Positions 28,886 to 37,695 of a stretch of DNA of 64,000 nucleotides are shown piece by piece. Where the stretch lies: contig JAMLHJ010000004.1 of assembly GCA_023957245.1 (NCBI GenBank), positions 11,680 through 75,679 of the forward strand, given 5' to 3'. Every line of letters begins with the position of its first letter. Within the stretch, counting starts at the first letter, position 1. The stretch is from Chitinophagales bacterium (GTDB lineage: Bacteria; Bacteroidota; Bacteroidia; Chitinophagales; JADIYW01). Position numbers and translations under genes: made by a program. The notes beneath the pieces are model-generated. The model was not told the origin of the DNA. It did no database searches and saw only the letters and a list, made by a program, of their open reading frames with translations.

Positions 28886-30391
28886 TAAATCTTCGTTGGC
28901 AATCCTCCTCAATTCTAAGAAAATTGCGTTCAACCCTAATGTGTCCATCCTACAATAATCAATTAATTCTTCTAGTGTTTTATTGATGACTGTTGTGTCT
29001 GTTTCTCTGAGTAGTTTTTGATATACAACCATAGCGTCAACACCATCTTTGATTTTGATATCGTCATAGCTCAAAGGACTCTGCTCGATAGTAGGAAGGA
29101 TATTTTTAACAGAATATCCACCATTCATTTTGGGATGATAATACCAATCTTTTTTGAATGGAGTTTCTAAATCTACCATTCTTTGAATTCTATCCTTTAT
29201 TGATTTGGCATACTTGGGATATAATTTTCCCAATTGAAATAAAATTCCTTTCTCTAAAAGTGTATTGAAAACGAGGATTTGCCCAGGTTTTTCAGTGGCT
29301 TTTAAAAAATGAGTTAAAAATCTTTCTCTATCATCAATATTAGGAGGAGAAATAAATTCTATTTCTTCCAAAGGTGAATCTGCCGAATAAGCATAGTGTA
29401 GTGAATATTGAAATGGTATCGCTTGAAATGGATAGGTTTCTTCAAAAATTGGAATAGCAGGTTGAAATGCTTCAATATCAAAAAAGTAAACTGGATACTG
29501 AATATTACTCATGAATTGTTTTAGTTCTTCTCTTTTGATATAGGGTTTCTGGTTGCGATGTGCTTCTACTTGCGCTATTATTCTTGATGAAGTCAGATAT
29601 TCTTTGGGTATATCTTTCATATCATTGATGCCAGATTTTATCCATTGAATTTTATCGGCAAGCTGTGCACCCGCAACTTGAAATAAAGGATTTTTTTCTT
29701 GTCCTTTCCAACAAGTACCTAAAAAATCACATGGATAGGGTTTGAAGCAATGTACGCCCGTTTCGACTTCAGGAATACTATATAAAGAAAGGACTGAACG
29801 AGCTTTGTTAATAGCATTCTGAATGTCTAATTGTAAAGCTTCTACTTGTTCTTTTACAGATTCAATTTTAAATAATTGATGAACATCTACACTTTGCCCT
29901 TTTAGAACATAATCGCCATTGACATGAATGATAAATACATCTTCTAGTTGAATGCCACAGTTTTTGATGACATAATATTGTATTGAAATATCTTGAAGAT
30001 AAGTTTTAGAGATTTTTAGTGAGCTCTTAACTTCATAAGCATACCATTTTCCATTTTGATTGACCAAAATATCTAAAGCAACTAAGATTCCTTCGTGTTT
30101 AAAAGCAGCTTCATATATGACTGGATAATTAGCTGATACTAATGCTGATGTAGCTTGAATGGATTGTTGGTAAGAAAAATGATTAGGTGGTGTACAATCT
30201 TTTCCACCTGGAAATAATGATTGAGCAAGAATACCAACTTGATGACCTCTGTCAAATTTATCTTGTTGTTGACGTGACACTGGGTCTTTCTGGTCATAAT
30301 GGTATTTGTATAAATACAATGCTTTGCTACACTGTATTCCTCTAATTAAGGAAGATTTACTTAAGTTGGTATTTCTAGGTTGAATAGACAT
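28883..30391 (-). CDS. DUF2779-family protein (Cas4/RecB-like nuclease N-region plus Cys cluster plus C-terminal FDIE..PFQYSLH region)
   Basis: N-terminal LSKSSLIRGIQCSKALYL; Cys cluster HCFKPYPCDFLGTCW; C-terminal YFFDIEAFQPAIP..IPFQYSLHY, typical of DUF2779. Confidence 0.7.
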   Translation of the reverse strand: MSIQPRNTNLSKSSLIRGIQCSKALYLYKYHYDQKDPVSRQQQDKFDRGHQVGILAQSLFPGGKDCTPPNHFSYQQSIQATSALVSANYPVIYEAAFKHEGILVALDILVNQNGKWYAYEVKSSLKISKTYLQDISIQYYVIKNCGIQLEDVFIIHVNGDYVLKGQSVDVHQLFKIESVKEQVEALQLDIQNAINKARSVLSLYSIPEVETGVHCFKPYPCDFLGTCWKGQEKNPLFQVAGAQLADKIQWIKSGINDMKDIPKEYLTSSRIIAQVEAHRNQKPYIKREELKQFMSNIQYPVYFFDIEAFQPAIPIFEETYPFQAIPFQYSLHYAYSADSPLEEIEFISPPNIDDRERFLTHFLKATEKPGQILVFNTLLEKGILFQLGKLYPKYAKSIKDRIQRMVDLETPFKKDWYYHPKMNGGYSVKNILPTIEQSPLSYDDIKIKDGVDAMVVYQKLLRETDTTVINKTLEELIDYCRMDTLGLNAIFLELRRIANEDL

Positions 30392-30524
30392 GACTCTTGA
30401 GCAAAATTATTAAAACTCAATATCTATAGAATAGAAGCTATTGAGTTTTGATGACAATTAATGATTTAACATTACAATACTTGTTCCAATAATTGAAGTT
30501 AAGAGATATAATATCTATTACGTA

Positions 30525-31790
30525 TTAATGCTGAACTATCAATTTAGTTGTAAATAATTGACCTATATTATCTTTCAATGAAACCAAATATAGTCCATTG
30601 TTCAGATGGTGATAAATCTCTTTGGAGTTATTATTGATTTTTTGTTCAAATAACAATTGACCACTGATAGAATGAATCTGTAAATTGCCAATTGTAGATT
30701 GAGGTATGTCAATTTTAAAGCTATTAGAACTAGGATTTGGGAAAATATTTAATTGAATATTCGAAGTATTGTTTTTTATTGCTGTAGGAACTACAAATAC
30801 TGTCGTGTCATATTTGCATTGTGAAGCATAAAGAAAATTGACAGTTTTTTCAAGTGCAAAGTCTCTATCCAAATCATCTACAGGATGCCCTAAGCCACTA
30901 ACAAATACTTTTTCTATTCTTGCTCCAATATTTTCGAGATAAGGACCATATCTTTTTAAGCCATTAAATCTTCCCAAATGACAAGCTGCGGTGTAGAAAC
31001 AACCGTTGCCACTAGGTACAGAAGGGTCTTGTTCGTGATGAAGTCCCAATACGTCAAAATCTTTTTTGTCTCCTATCCATTCTATCTGCATAATAGCCCC
31101 ACTATCAACAATTAAATTTCTTACTGTATTGAGCGAGCTAAATGGAAGATGATTGGTAGTTCCTTCAAGCCCACCTAATTCACTAATAGCTCTACCCCAA
31201 TTGAGATTGAAATCATCATTTTCATCAAGATATGCTGTGTGTATCACTCCAATTGCTCCCGCTGATGAACCGTAAAGTGTGAAATTATTAGAGTCTATTC
31301 CGTAAGGATTGTCTTCCTCAACTGTAGATTTAAGATATCTTATTGCTCCTTTAATATCTTGTATTGAACGAACGATGGCTTTATACCAATTGACTTTGTC
31401 TGCAAATTGAAGCACAGGTTCTATACCATCAATGGCTGTCTTTTCAAGGCGATATTGTACCGCAACAGCTACATAGCCACGCAAAGCTAATTGTTGACAT
31501 AAAAACTGAATAGTCGCAGAGTTCTTACTTCCAGCTACATAAGCTCCTCCATGCATCAAAAGCACTACGGGGCGATGTCTATTGGTATCTGCAGAAGAAA
31601 TAGGAGTAAAAATATCAATATATAAATCTTGCTGTTCTCCAAGGTTATTAAGATTGGAGCCATATTTTATGTCAGCATATTTCGTATAAGTTGGGAAGAT
31701 TGCTTCCTTATATCTATCGCCACATTCAGCATGACCATTTTTAAATAGGAATAGGAATGTAAGAAGTAAAAAATATCTCATCGTGTTCAA
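30525..31790 (-). CDS. secreted alpha/beta-hydrolase carboxylesterase with T9SS C-terminal sorting domain
   Basis: Oxyanion block LLMHGGAYVAGS; nucleophile elbow GSSAG; C-terminal IFPNPSSNSFKIDI..GLYLVSL. Confidence 0.8.
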   Translation of the reverse strand: MNTMRYFLLLTFLFLFKNGHAECGDRYKEAIFPTYTKYADIKYGSNLNNLGEQQDLYIDIFTPISSADTNRHRPVVLLMHGGAYVAGSKNSATIQFLCQQLALRGYVAVAVQYRLEKTAIDGIEPVLQFADKVNWYKAIVRSIQDIKGAIRYLKSTVEEDNPYGIDSNNFTLYGSSAGAIGVIHTAYLDENDDFNLNWGRAISELGGLEGTTNHLPFSSLNTVRNLIVDSGAIMQIEWIGDKKDFDVLGLHHEQDPSVPSGNGCFYTAACHLGRFNGLKRYGPYLENIGARIEKVFVSGLGHPVDDLDRDFALEKTVNFLYASQCKYDTTVFVVPTAIKNNTSNIQLNIFPNPSSNSFKIDIPQSTIGNLQIHSISGQLLFEQKINNNSKEIYHHLNNGLYLVSLKDNIGQLFTTKLIVQH

Positions 31791-32008
31791 ATTAGTAGTA
31801 TCTAAATTACTACTTTAATATTTACTAACCATATTTAGTGATGTCTTTTTGAAATATTTTACTACTTATTTATTGTATAATTATAGCTGGTATATATCGA
31901 TTATGAAAATTTGATAAATGTCTGATTATTAGTGTTTCTTTCTAATTGATTCATCCCACTAGGAAAAACAATTGTATTTATTGTATTTTTAAAGCAAATT
32001 TTAAGTAA

Positions 32009-33214
32009 ATGAAACTTCAATTTCCTAAAGATTTTATTTGGGGGACTTCCACTGCTGCTTATCAAATTGAGACTGTATCAGATAATGAATGGAAGGGTTT
32101 GGTCAGTATTGATGGGACTGTTTTTGATAAATGTTCTATGCATGATTTGCGTAGAGATGAAGATGTTGAATATATAGCCAAGTTGGGAACTGCCTATCGA
32201 ATGAGTTGCGATTGGGGGAAATTGCAGAATTCTGCTTATGCAGAATTTGATACCAATATCGTAAAAGATTATTTGGATTTCTTAGAAAAATTGAAATCAA
32301 AAGGTGTAAAAGTAATGATGGTTTTGCACCACTTTACCAATCCGACATGGTTTGCAAATGCTGGAAATTGGGAAAAGGAAGGCAATAGGAAAATGTGGTT
32401 AGATTTTGTAAAGAAATCTGTTGATACTTTTGGTCATTTGGTAGATTTTTGGAATACTTTCAACGAACCTATGGTGTATATTTCCAACGGATGGTTGACT
32501 GGAAGTTTTCCTCCATTCAAGAAAGGAAAGCTTTTGATGGCAAGAAAAGTGTTGAAAGAAATCGGTCGAGCTCATGATGAGGCTTATGATATTATCAAGG
32601 CAGGATCTCAAGCACCTATAGGAATTTCAAAGAATACAGTGAAATTTGTTGGAGAAATTTTCCCAGGTCATATTTTTGCAAAAATTGCAGATTATTGGTT
32701 CATGGATTATGGCGCTAAGCATTTTGAGAAAGTCGATTTCCAAGGATTGAGTTATTATTGTCGAATGCCATTTAGACCATTTCCTATCACAGAGATTGAT
32801 CAGCCAGGCAAATTAAAATCATTGGGAAGGAGATATGATGGCATGTGGGAATATCGTCCTTCGGAATTTTATCATATCATCAAAAGATTTTGGAATAAAA
32901 ATCATAAACCAATATTTATTACAGAAAGTGGGGTGTGTACTTCTGATGATAAAGTGAGAATTCAAGCTATTCGAGAATATGCCTATTGGATTAAAAAGGC
33001 AATGGATGAAGGTGTTGATGTCAGAGGATTATTCCATTGGTCCACTTTTGATAATCATGAATGGAATCTTGGTTTAACATTCAGGTTTGGTCTGATGAGA
33101 GTAAATTTTGAAACTGGTGAGCGCACGATGACACCAGCTGCTGAGTATTATAGTGATTTTATACGTACTCAGGAAATGGAAGTAGATGCTGATGAGTTTG
33201 AGAAATGGGCTTAA
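32009..33214 (+). CDS. glycoside hydrolase family 1 (beta-glucosidase-like)
   Basis: FIWGTSTAAYQIE, acid/base block TFNEP, nucleophile block ITESG, and HWSTFDNHEW. Confidence 0.85.
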   Translation: MKLQFPKDFIWGTSTAAYQIETVSDNEWKGLVSIDGTVFDKCSMHDLRRDEDVEYIAKLGTAYRMSCDWGKLQNSAYAEFDTNIVKDYLDFLEKLKSKGVKVMMVLHHFTNPTWFANAGNWEKEGNRKMWLDFVKKSVDTFGHLVDFWNTFNEPMVYISNGWLTGSFPPFKKGKLLMARKVLKEIGRAHDEAYDIIKAGSQAPIGISKNTVKFVGEIFPGHIFAKIADYWFMDYGAKHFEKVDFQGLSYYCRMPFRPFPITEIDQPGKLKSLGRRYDGMWEYRPSEFYHIIKRFWNKNHKPIFITESGVCTSDDKVRIQAIREYAYWIKKAMDEGVDVRGLFHWSTFDNHEWNLGLTFRFGLMRVNFETGERTMTPAAEYYSDFIRTQEMEVDADEFEKWA

Positions 33215-33274
33215 TCTATTAGGTCTTGTGATTTATTTTTGAACTATTTGTCATTCAATTGGTTTCCTTTGGTA

Positions 33275-33937
33275 ATGAATGGTTATAAAAATATTTTATT
33301 TGATTTGGATGGAACATTGACAGATTCTTCTTTGGGTATCACAAATTCAGTAGCTTATGCTCTTGCAAAGTATGATATAGAAGTCAGTGATAACAATGAA
33401 TTGAAAAAATTTATTGGCCCTCCGTTAACGGAATCTTTTGAGAGATTTTATCATTTTTCTAAAGCTGATTCGATTCAAGCTGTAAATTTTTATAGAGAGT
33501 ATTATGCCGATAAAGGTATTTTTGAGAATCGATTATATGATGGTATTGAAGATTTGTTAAAGGTATTGTCTTCTCATAGTCAATCAATTCTTTTGGCGAC
33601 TTCCAAACCTGAATTTTATGCCAATCAAATTTTGAAATATTTTAAAATTGACAATTATTTTGATTTTGTTGCTGGAAGTAATATGGATGGTACTCGGGTC
33701 AGGAAGCAAGAGGTAATATCTCACGTTTTGGATATTTCGGGGATTAATGATCTGAAATCTTGTATCATGATAGGAGATAGGGAACATGATATTATTGGTG
33801 CTCAGCATGTAGGAATGGATGCAATGGGAGTCTTGTTTGGTTTTGGTAGTTTGGATGAATTACAGCGGGTTAATCCTAAATATATTGTTGATAATGTTGA
33901 TGCAATCAAAGGTATTTTGGTAGATAGTTTGAATTGA
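33275..33937 (+). CDS. HAD-superfamily phosphatase (phosphoglycolate-phosphatase-like)
   Basis: Motif I FDLDGTLTDS, motif II ATSK, motif IV GDREHD. I prefer the ATG at 33275 over the TTG at 33239. Confidence 0.8.
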   Translation: MNGYKNILFDLDGTLTDSSLGITNSVAYALAKYDIEVSDNNELKKFIGPPLTESFERFYHFSKADSIQAVNFYREYYADKGIFENRLYDGIEDLLKVLSSHSQSILLATSKPEFYANQILKYFKIDNYFDFVAGSNMDGTRVRKQEVISHVLDISGINDLKSCIMIGDREHDIIGAQHVGMDAMGVLFGFGSLDELQRVNPKYIVDNVDAIKGILVDSLN

Positions 33938-34030
33938 GTTGATTACAAAAAAATGAAAATGAAGATTTTTAAGATGTTATAAAGTATTATGCCATTTCAA
34001 TCTTATGACTAAATTGATATCTTTGTTAAT

Positions 34031-35461
34031 ATGGATTTCACTATTTTATCTCAACTTTTTACTCATTATTTTCATCATTCTCCAGATAAGATTTTAGCCT
34101 TACCTCAAGCGGGTTCAGATAGGCAATATTTTAGATTAAATGATTCAAAACATGTAGCTATTGGTACAGTAAGTAATGACGTAAAAGAAAATCAGATTTT
34201 CATTCATCTTGCAAAGCATTTTAAGTCTAAGGGAGTTAGAGTTCCTGAAGTATATGGTGTTTCAGAAGATGGACGTTGTTATTTACAGGAAGATTTGGGT
34301 GGGGTTGCTTTGTATGATTTGGTGAAAGGGCAAGAGTTTACGCAAGAGGTAGAAGAATTATATCAATCGACATTGACAGAGTTGATTAAGTTGCAAATAG
34401 ATGGTGCAGAGCAATTTGATTTTTCGATATGTTATCCTGTTCAAGTTTTTGATAGAACAAGTATGTTCTGGGATTTGAATTCATTCAAATATTATTTTGC
34501 TCGACCACTTAGAGTGTCTTTTCATGAACCGAGTTTACAGAAAGATTTTCACCGTTTGACAAGATGGTTGTTGGAAGAGCCTTATCAGTTTTTCATGATG
34601 CGTGATTGTCAGTCTCGTAATGTGATGATTAAAGATGGTATGCCATATTTTATTGATTTTCAAGGAGGTAGGAAAGGTGCTTTGCAATACGATGTTGCTT
34701 CATTATTGTGGCAAGCTGGTGCACAAATACCTATGGAGAAACGAGAAAGTTTATTGGAATTTTATATTCTAAAGGCACATGAACGATTGCCTGAGATGGA
34801 TATTCAAGCATTTAGAAATCGTTATTATGGTTTTTTGTTGATAAGAATGTTACAAGTTCTAAGTGCTTATGGTTTTAGAGGTTTGTTTGAAGGACGTAGC
34901 CATTTTATTGAAAGTATAGTTCCTGCATTGAAAAATGTAGATTGGTTTATGAAGAATATTTCTTTGCCAATTGAATTGCCTGAGGTGTATAAAATACTTT
35001 CTGCTTTAGTACAACATAAAAGATTTCAAAAAGAAGAATGGCAATCTGTATCTAAAGTATTAAAAGTATCAGTCAATAGCTTTTCATTTAAGCGAGGATA
35101 TCCAGTAGATAAGTCTGGAAATGGTGGGGGTTTTGTTTTTGATTGTAGAGGGATTCATAATCCAGGGAGATATGAAGAGTATAAGCAATTGACAGGGAAG
35201 GATATTGAGGTCATCAATTTCTTTAAATCTAAAAGTAAGATAGATGAGTTTATTGAATCTGTATTTAAGACAATAGATTTTAACATCAAAGATTATATGG
35301 TGAGAGGGTTTGATCATCTTCAGATAAATTTTGGATGCACTGGCGGGCAGCATCGCTCTGTCTATTGTGCAGAAGCTACCAAAAAATATATAGAGAATAA
35401 GTATAGATTGACTGTTGAGTTGCATCATATCGAGCAAGAGTTAAAAGGAAATATGATTTGA
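34031..35461 (+). CDS. amgK: AmgK-like anomeric amino-sugar kinase fused to a RapZ C-terminal domain
   Basis: APH-fold catalytic loop MRDCQSRNVMI and IDFQGG. Residues about 340-476 match E. coli RapZ-CTD blocks (SFSFKRGYP, FVFDCRGIHNP, LTGKD, GCTGGQHRSVY). No P-loop is present. Confidence 0.75.
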   Translation: MDFTILSQLFTHYFHHSPDKILALPQAGSDRQYFRLNDSKHVAIGTVSNDVKENQIFIHLAKHFKSKGVRVPEVYGVSEDGRCYLQEDLGGVALYDLVKGQEFTQEVEELYQSTLTELIKLQIDGAEQFDFSICYPVQVFDRTSMFWDLNSFKYYFARPLRVSFHEPSLQKDFHRLTRWLLEEPYQFFMMRDCQSRNVMIKDGMPYFIDFQGGRKGALQYDVASLLWQAGAQIPMEKRESLLEFYILKAHERLPEMDIQAFRNRYYGFLLIRMLQVLSAYGFRGLFEGRSHFIESIVPALKNVDWFMKNISLPIELPEVYKILSALVQHKRFQKEEWQSVSKVLKVSVNSFSFKRGYPVDKSGNGGGFVFDCRGIHNPGRYEEYKQLTGKDIEVINFFKSKSKIDEFIESVFKTIDFNIKDYMVRGFDHLQINFGCTGGQHRSVYCAEATKKYIENKYRLTVELHHIEQELKGNMI

Positions 35462-35462
35462 T

Positions 35463-36167
35463 ATGAAAGCGATGATTTTTGCTGCAGGTTTGGGTACTCG
35501 ATTGAGACCGATGACAGATAATATCCCAAAAGCGATGGTAGAGGTAGGAGGGCAACCAATGTTGAAAATTGTATTGGATAGATGTTATTCAGCAGGAATA
35601 GATGAAGTTGTCGTCAATGTACATTATCTATCAAATATTATCATTGATTTTTTGGCTACTTATCATCGCCCAGGATTGAAAATTCATATTTCAGATGAGT
35701 CAGATGAGCTATTGGAAACGGGAGGAGGCTTATTAAAGGCAAAGGATTTTTTCGATGATGGTCAGCCATTTCTAGTTGCTAATGCAGATGTATTGACCAA
35801 TATTGATATTCAGTTATTTTTACAGAAACATCTTCAATATGGTGGGATAGCTACTTTAGCAGTTCGAGATAGAAGTTCTAAAAGAAAATTGTGTTTTGAT
35901 ATGCATGGCAGGTTGATAGGACGTGCTGGTAATGATTTGAAAGGAGATGAATTAGCTTTTAGTGGTTATCATATTCTTCAACCTGAGATTTTTAATTATT
36001 TCAATCGAGAAGGTAAATTCTCAATCATGGATGTGTACATGGATATTTGTCAGGAACATTCGATTTATGCATTTTCTCATCAAAAAGATATTTGGGTGGA
36101 TATTGGAACAATTGAAAAATGGGAGGAAGCTAATATCGTCTATAAGGGAAATAAAGATTTGTTTTGA
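35463..36167 (+). CDS. murU: MurU-like N-acetylmuramate-1-phosphate uridylyltransferase (nucleotidyltransferase family)
   Basis: N-terminal FAAGLGTRLRPMTDNIPKAMV. There is a 1-nt spacer after the kinase gene. Confidence 0.75.
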   Translation: MKAMIFAAGLGTRLRPMTDNIPKAMVEVGGQPMLKIVLDRCYSAGIDEVVVNVHYLSNIIIDFLATYHRPGLKIHISDESDELLETGGGLLKAKDFFDDGQPFLVANADVLTNIDIQLFLQKHLQYGGIATLAVRDRSSKRKLCFDMHGRLIGRAGNDLKGDELAFSGYHILQPEIFNYFNREGKFSIMDVYMDICQEHSIYAFSHQKDIWVDIGTIEKWEEANIVYKGNKDLF

Positions 36168-36211
36168 TTTAGTTATGAAAACTCTTTCTGTTCAAATTTG
36201 TTTTTATTGAA

Positions 36212-36913
36212 ATGAATGAAGATATAAGAACTTTTGGTGAAAGAGTAATTGAATTTAACCAACGAGTTCAATATTCGGGTCTGCTTCCAGAGGGTTTTCG
36301 TGTATTGAATCCATTTATGGACAATCCTGAAACACTGCTCATGATGAGTCAGTTTTATCATAAATTTTACAATGACTATCAGGAGAGAAAACTAATCATA
36401 GGGATAAATCCAAGTCGGCACGGAGCTGGAGTAACAGGAGTGCCGTTTACAGATACCAAAAGGCTGGAAAGTGCTTGTGGCATTAAAATGAACTCTGCTT
36501 ATACACATGAAGTTTCATCCGTATTTCTTTATGATATGATAGAAGAATATGGAGGTGTAAAAGCATTTTATAAGAATTTTTATATTAATTCTCCTTTCCC
36601 TTTAGCCATAGTAAGAAACGTAAAAGGTAAATGGTTGAATGCCAATTATTATGATGATAATCAGCTATTTGAAATGGTAAAAGATTTTATGATTGCTTCA
36701 TTGAAATCTCATATTGCTATGGGTATTGATACTTCTAAGGTTTTTGTTTTAGGCAAAAAGAATGCTGAATTTATTAAAAAACTCAATCAGGAAGCTCAAC
36801 TATTTGACCAAATGGTGATTTTAGAACATCCTCGATTTATTCAACAGTATAAGTCAAAGGAAGCTGATATTTATATTGATAAGTATATTATGGCTTTTGA
36901 AAATGTGAAGTAA
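36212..36913 (+). CDS. uracil-DNA-glycosylase-superfamily protein (DUF4918/SMUG2-like)
   Basis: The GINPSRHGAGVTGVPFTD block and a C-terminal HPRF motif. Confidence 0.65.
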   Translation: MNEDIRTFGERVIEFNQRVQYSGLLPEGFRVLNPFMDNPETLLMMSQFYHKFYNDYQERKLIIGINPSRHGAGVTGVPFTDTKRLESACGIKMNSAYTHEVSSVFLYDMIEEYGGVKAFYKNFYINSPFPLAIVRNVKGKWLNANYYDDNQLFEMVKDFMIASLKSHIAMGIDTSKVFVLGKKNAEFIKKLNQEAQLFDQMVILEHPRFIQQYKSKEADIYIDKYIMAFENVK

Positions 36914-37112
36914 CTCCAATAAATATCTATTACACAAAAGTCACGAAGAAGACACAAAAAACACTAAGAAATATCTTTGTGTACTTTGCGTAAAACTTTG
37001 TAGCCTTTGCGGTTAAATTTTATTATTTTTTGCGGTTAGTTTCAGCAAACTCAATCTTCGAATTTTTCATTCGTCCATCGTCCATCGTCCATCGTCCATC
37101 GTCTTCACATTA
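36914..37112 (-). repeat. mosaic repeat tract in minus orientation, abutting the maf stop codon
   Basis: Read on the minus strand: TAATGTGAAGAC; (GATGGAC)x4 at 37072-37099; GAATGAAAAAT; TAACCGCAAA..TTAACCGCAAAG..TACGCAAAG; then the reverse complement of CTATTACACAAAAGTCACGAAGAAGACACAAAAAACAC. Confidence 0.85.
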
Positions 37113-37667
37113 TTTTATCCAATTTAAGATTTTTGGTAGTGGTAATCCCATCACATTATAGAAGCAACCTTCAATTTTTTGTATATATCTCACACCTATC
37201 CATTCTTGTATAGCATAAGAGCCTGCCTTGTCATAAGGAGAATATTTTTCTACATAAAATCGAATTTCATTATCAGTCATTTTTCCAAAACTAACAGATG
37301 TCGTGTCAGTGATGATATGTTTTATATTTTGATGGAGATAACAAGCACCTGTGTGTACTTGATGTGTCCTGCCAGAAAGAAGTTGTAGCATTTGTATAGC
37401 ATCTTGGGCGTCAATTGGTTTGCCTAGTATTTGATTATCAATGACTACGATAGTGTCTGCTGTTAGGATAGGGCGGTCAAAAATTTGAAATTGTTGTTGG
37501 ATAGCTAGTGCTTTTCTTTCAGCCAGATGCTCAGCTACTTGAATAGTAGGGATATTATCGTTAAAAGATTCATCTATATCTGAAACCAATACTTCGAAAT
37601 CTATTCCTGATAATTCTAATATTTCTTTTCTTCTAGGTGAACCAGAACCTAAGATTAATTTTTGCAT
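37110..37667 (-). CDS. maf: Maf-family nucleoside-triphosphate pyrophosphatase
   Basis: LILGSGSPRRKEIL, ADTIV and GAYAIQ-like (GSYAIQE) blocks. Confidence 0.9.
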   Translation of the reverse strand: MQKLILGSGSPRRKEILELSGIDFEVLVSDIDESFNDNIPTIQVAEHLAERKALAIQQQFQIFDRPILTADTIVVIDNQILGKPIDAQDAIQMLQLLSGRTHQVHTGACYLHQNIKHIITDTTSVSFGKMTDNEIRFYVEKYSPYDKAGSYAIQEWIGVRYIQKIEGCFYNVMGLPLPKILNWIK

Positions 37668-37695
37668 ATTTTAATTTGTTGCAAAAGTACAAAAA

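Noticed and set aside
35962-36361. Overlapping ORFs at 35962-36210 (+) and 36173-36361 (-)
   Set aside because: They are alternative-frame or antisense shadows of the MurU-like and UDG-family genes, which have clear family motifs.
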